Shown one piece after another: positions 23,481 through 24,986 of a stretch of 24,986 nt of DNA. The position numbers and the translations under genes are program-made. The DNA is from a virus. Lineage: Duplodnaviria; Caudoviricetes. Below the pieces are notes generated by a model. The model saw only the letters and a list, made by a program, of their open reading frames with translations. It ran no database searches and was not told the origin of the DNA. Each line of letters opens with the position of its first letter. Positions within the stretch are counted from its first letter, which is position 1. Location: positions 1 to 24,986 of IMG/VR virus record IMGVR_UViG_3300020470_000195; one strand, 5' to 3'.

Positions 23481-24664
23481 TCCTCTTCCTCTTCTACTGG
23501 CCTACCGCCTTCATTTGGATTTGAAGCACTACCAGCTATATTTGCTGGTATTCGTAATTCATCATGACCTTCTATAGCTTCGAACCCTAGTTGGGATCTT
23601 GCTTCATTTGCACTTATAATGCCGGCATTAACTAAACCGGAATAGTAAAATGATTGATCTCGTAATTCAGGTTGTAGCGCAGGAATATTAGTAATATCCT
23701 CCTTTATGCTAAACCCGAAATATCTTTCAAAGCTAAAATTAATTTTTCTTACTATAGGTAGTATTGTCTCTAAGTAGTACATCCTCATGTTGGGACGTAT
23801 ATTTGCATTATTGCCAGAATCTAATAAAATTGGAGGCACACCGACCGCTTTTAGTACAATTTTCTCATTCTCAGCAATAGAACTTTGAAAGTCTAAGTCC
23901 TTAAAGTTAACATTTGAAATAGCATCTATTTCTATACCACCATCCAGAATTAAAGGTCTTCTGCCTCCTGCTTCTGGCTTATATCGTATACCCCAGGATT
24001 GTATCATTCTTTCTTTAATCTTCTCAGACAAAGTATTTGGGCTTTTTAAAACTAGTCCTGGGACAGCCCCGTTCTTAAAAAAGTTATCTTGAAACTGTCG
24101 CATACTCGACATTAAAGCCATAGTACGAACAGCCGGCTTCAGCCTAGAAATCCCTCTATAAATATCATGAAAGGAATTCTCTTTCACATGTATGATTTCA
24201 TCGGGGGAGTAATCTACTTCAGCATATGTATATCTATCAATGAAAGTTTTTGCATCACTATGTATTGTGACATCTTTGGCGGGCACATGGTACAAATGAG
24301 CACCATCGTAATAAATAAAAATGTTACCGTCAAGAATAAAATCAGTAATTAAATTACGTTTGAAAGAGCTGATGTCTTGGAATAAATTAGGTTCCTCGTT
24401 TATCAGTTTTTGAACTTTTGAACGTTTTATTCCTCGAACAACCCCTGACATGCCAATAGGCTGTACTACTGCAGGTATTTCTGCACAGTCATCAACAACC
24501 ATATTTACTGCACGATTGACGATTTCTAAGGTTTCATAATACTTTTCATAGCTTTGTGTATGCTCACGAGAAGATTGTGACCCTGCTCCAAAATACTGCT
24601 GAACAGGGTTTAATTTTTCTTCTATATCTTCCTGAGTTCGGAAGAATCTGTCATACCATGCCAT
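23477..24664 (-). CDS. Portal protein (HK97 family, T5 pb7-like), 395 aa
   Basis: EKLNP N-terminus, DFILDGNIFIY, EIIHVKENS...YRGISRL, FFKNGAVPGLVL, LILDGG, GVPPILL and GIISANEARSQLG motifs. Confidence 0.95.
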   Translation of the reverse strand: MAWYDRFFRTQEDIEEKLNPVQQYFGAGSQSSREHTQSYEKYYETLEIVNRAVNMVVDDCAEIPAVVQPIGMSGVVRGIKRSKVQKLINEEPNLFQDISSFKRNLITDFILDGNIFIYYDGAHLYHVPAKDVTIHSDAKTFIDRYTYAEVDYSPDEIIHVKENSFHDIYRGISRLKPAVRTMALMSSMRQFQDNFFKNGAVPGLVLKSPNTLSEKIKERMIQSWGIRYKPEAGGRRPLILDGGIEIDAISNVNFKDLDFQSSIAENEKIVLKAVGVPPILLDSGNNANIRPNMRMYYLETILPIVRKINFSFERYFGFSIKEDITNIPALQPELRDQSFYYSGLVNAGIISANEARSQLGFEAIEGHDELRIPANIAGSASNPNEGGRPVEEEEE

Positions 24665-24986
24665 GTTTATCTCTTTGAAGCTGTACCCAGCGCATTTGTT
24701 TCTTTGCCGTTGTTAATGCGGGGTTGCGGCCATATACTTTGTGTAACTGTCGGTGGTGTCCGTAGCACAAAGTGACAGTGTGCTCATATAATTCTGCCCA
24801 ATGCTCTTCTATAAAATCATCTCGAATTGCAAGAATATATTTAGGATCGTGTCCGGTCTTTTTCATCCAGTTATGAATGAGAGGTGCTAAGCTGTAATAA
24901 TGGTGAAAGTCTAATTTGACTTCAGCACCACAGATATAGCATTCCGAGCCCTTTTCGTACTTATTCTTCGCTCTATCTCGGATATA
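24651..24986 (-). CDS. HNH-family nicking/packaging endonuclease (5'-truncated; extends upstream of the 71-aa ORF call)
   Basis: Frame is open to the window edge: YIRDRAKNKYEKGSECYICGAEVKLDFHHYYSLAPLIHNWMKKTG...VTLCYGHHRQLHKVYG. CxxC, HH and LCxxHH Zn/HNH motifs. Same position (just before portal) as a T5 nicking endonuclease gene. Confidence 0.85.
   Translation of the reverse strand, partial: YIRDRAKNKYEKGSECYICGAEVKLDFHHYYSLAPLIHNWMKKTGHDPKYILAIRDDFIEEHWAELYEHTVTLCYGHHRQLHKVYGRNPALTTAKKQMRWVQLQRDKHGMV

Noticed and set aside
23676-23683. AGCGCAGG, resembling my recollection of the T5 GCGC-containing nick consensus
   Set aside because: Only one occurrence noticed, about what chance gives in 25 kb, and this enzyme's specificity is unknown.
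715-24352. All plus-strand ORFs in the track (e.g. 11447-11920, 15618-16139, 19409-19840, 22299-22781)
   Set aside because: They are antisense shadows of well-supported minus-strand genes, with Ser/Leu/Phe-rich low-information translations and no recognisable motifs.
1-24986. tRNA, CRISPR array, integrase/IS elements, introns/inteins, stop-codon reassignment
   Set aside because: Intergenic gaps are all about 100 nt or less and largely explained. No repeat arrays or splicing motifs were seen. TAA, TAG and TGA all terminate genes at expected lengths.

Overview
This window is the complete head-and-tail (morphogenesis) operon of a tailed phage with T5-like (Demerecviridae-type) gene order, encoded entirely on the minus strand. 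Reading 24986 to 1: HNH nicking endonuclease (5'-truncated), portal, small basic protein, fused prohead protease plus major capsid protein, head completion, tail completion, tail terminator, major tail tube, baseplate tube, two tail assembly chaperone ORFs, tape measure, Dit, a 2527-aa baseplate hub/central fibre protein, collar, then a run of small fibre genes continuing off the left edge. Main departures from the T5 plan: (1) protease and capsid share one frame but keep a strong internal RBS+ATG; (2) the chaperone ORFs are linked by a candidate +1 frameshift at UUU-CGU rather than the usual -1 site; (3) a similar ~85-105 aa beta-rich domain appears inserted in both the tail tube and Dit; (4) the hub carries several insertions and a duplicated C-terminal spike module; (5) the single L-shaped fibre is replaced by a separately promoted series of small proteins with recurring N-terminal (Mtd_N-like) and C-terminal (D-x-G-x-Y) motifs. 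All family assignments come from motif recall and synteny; no searches were run. The host cannot be determined from this window.
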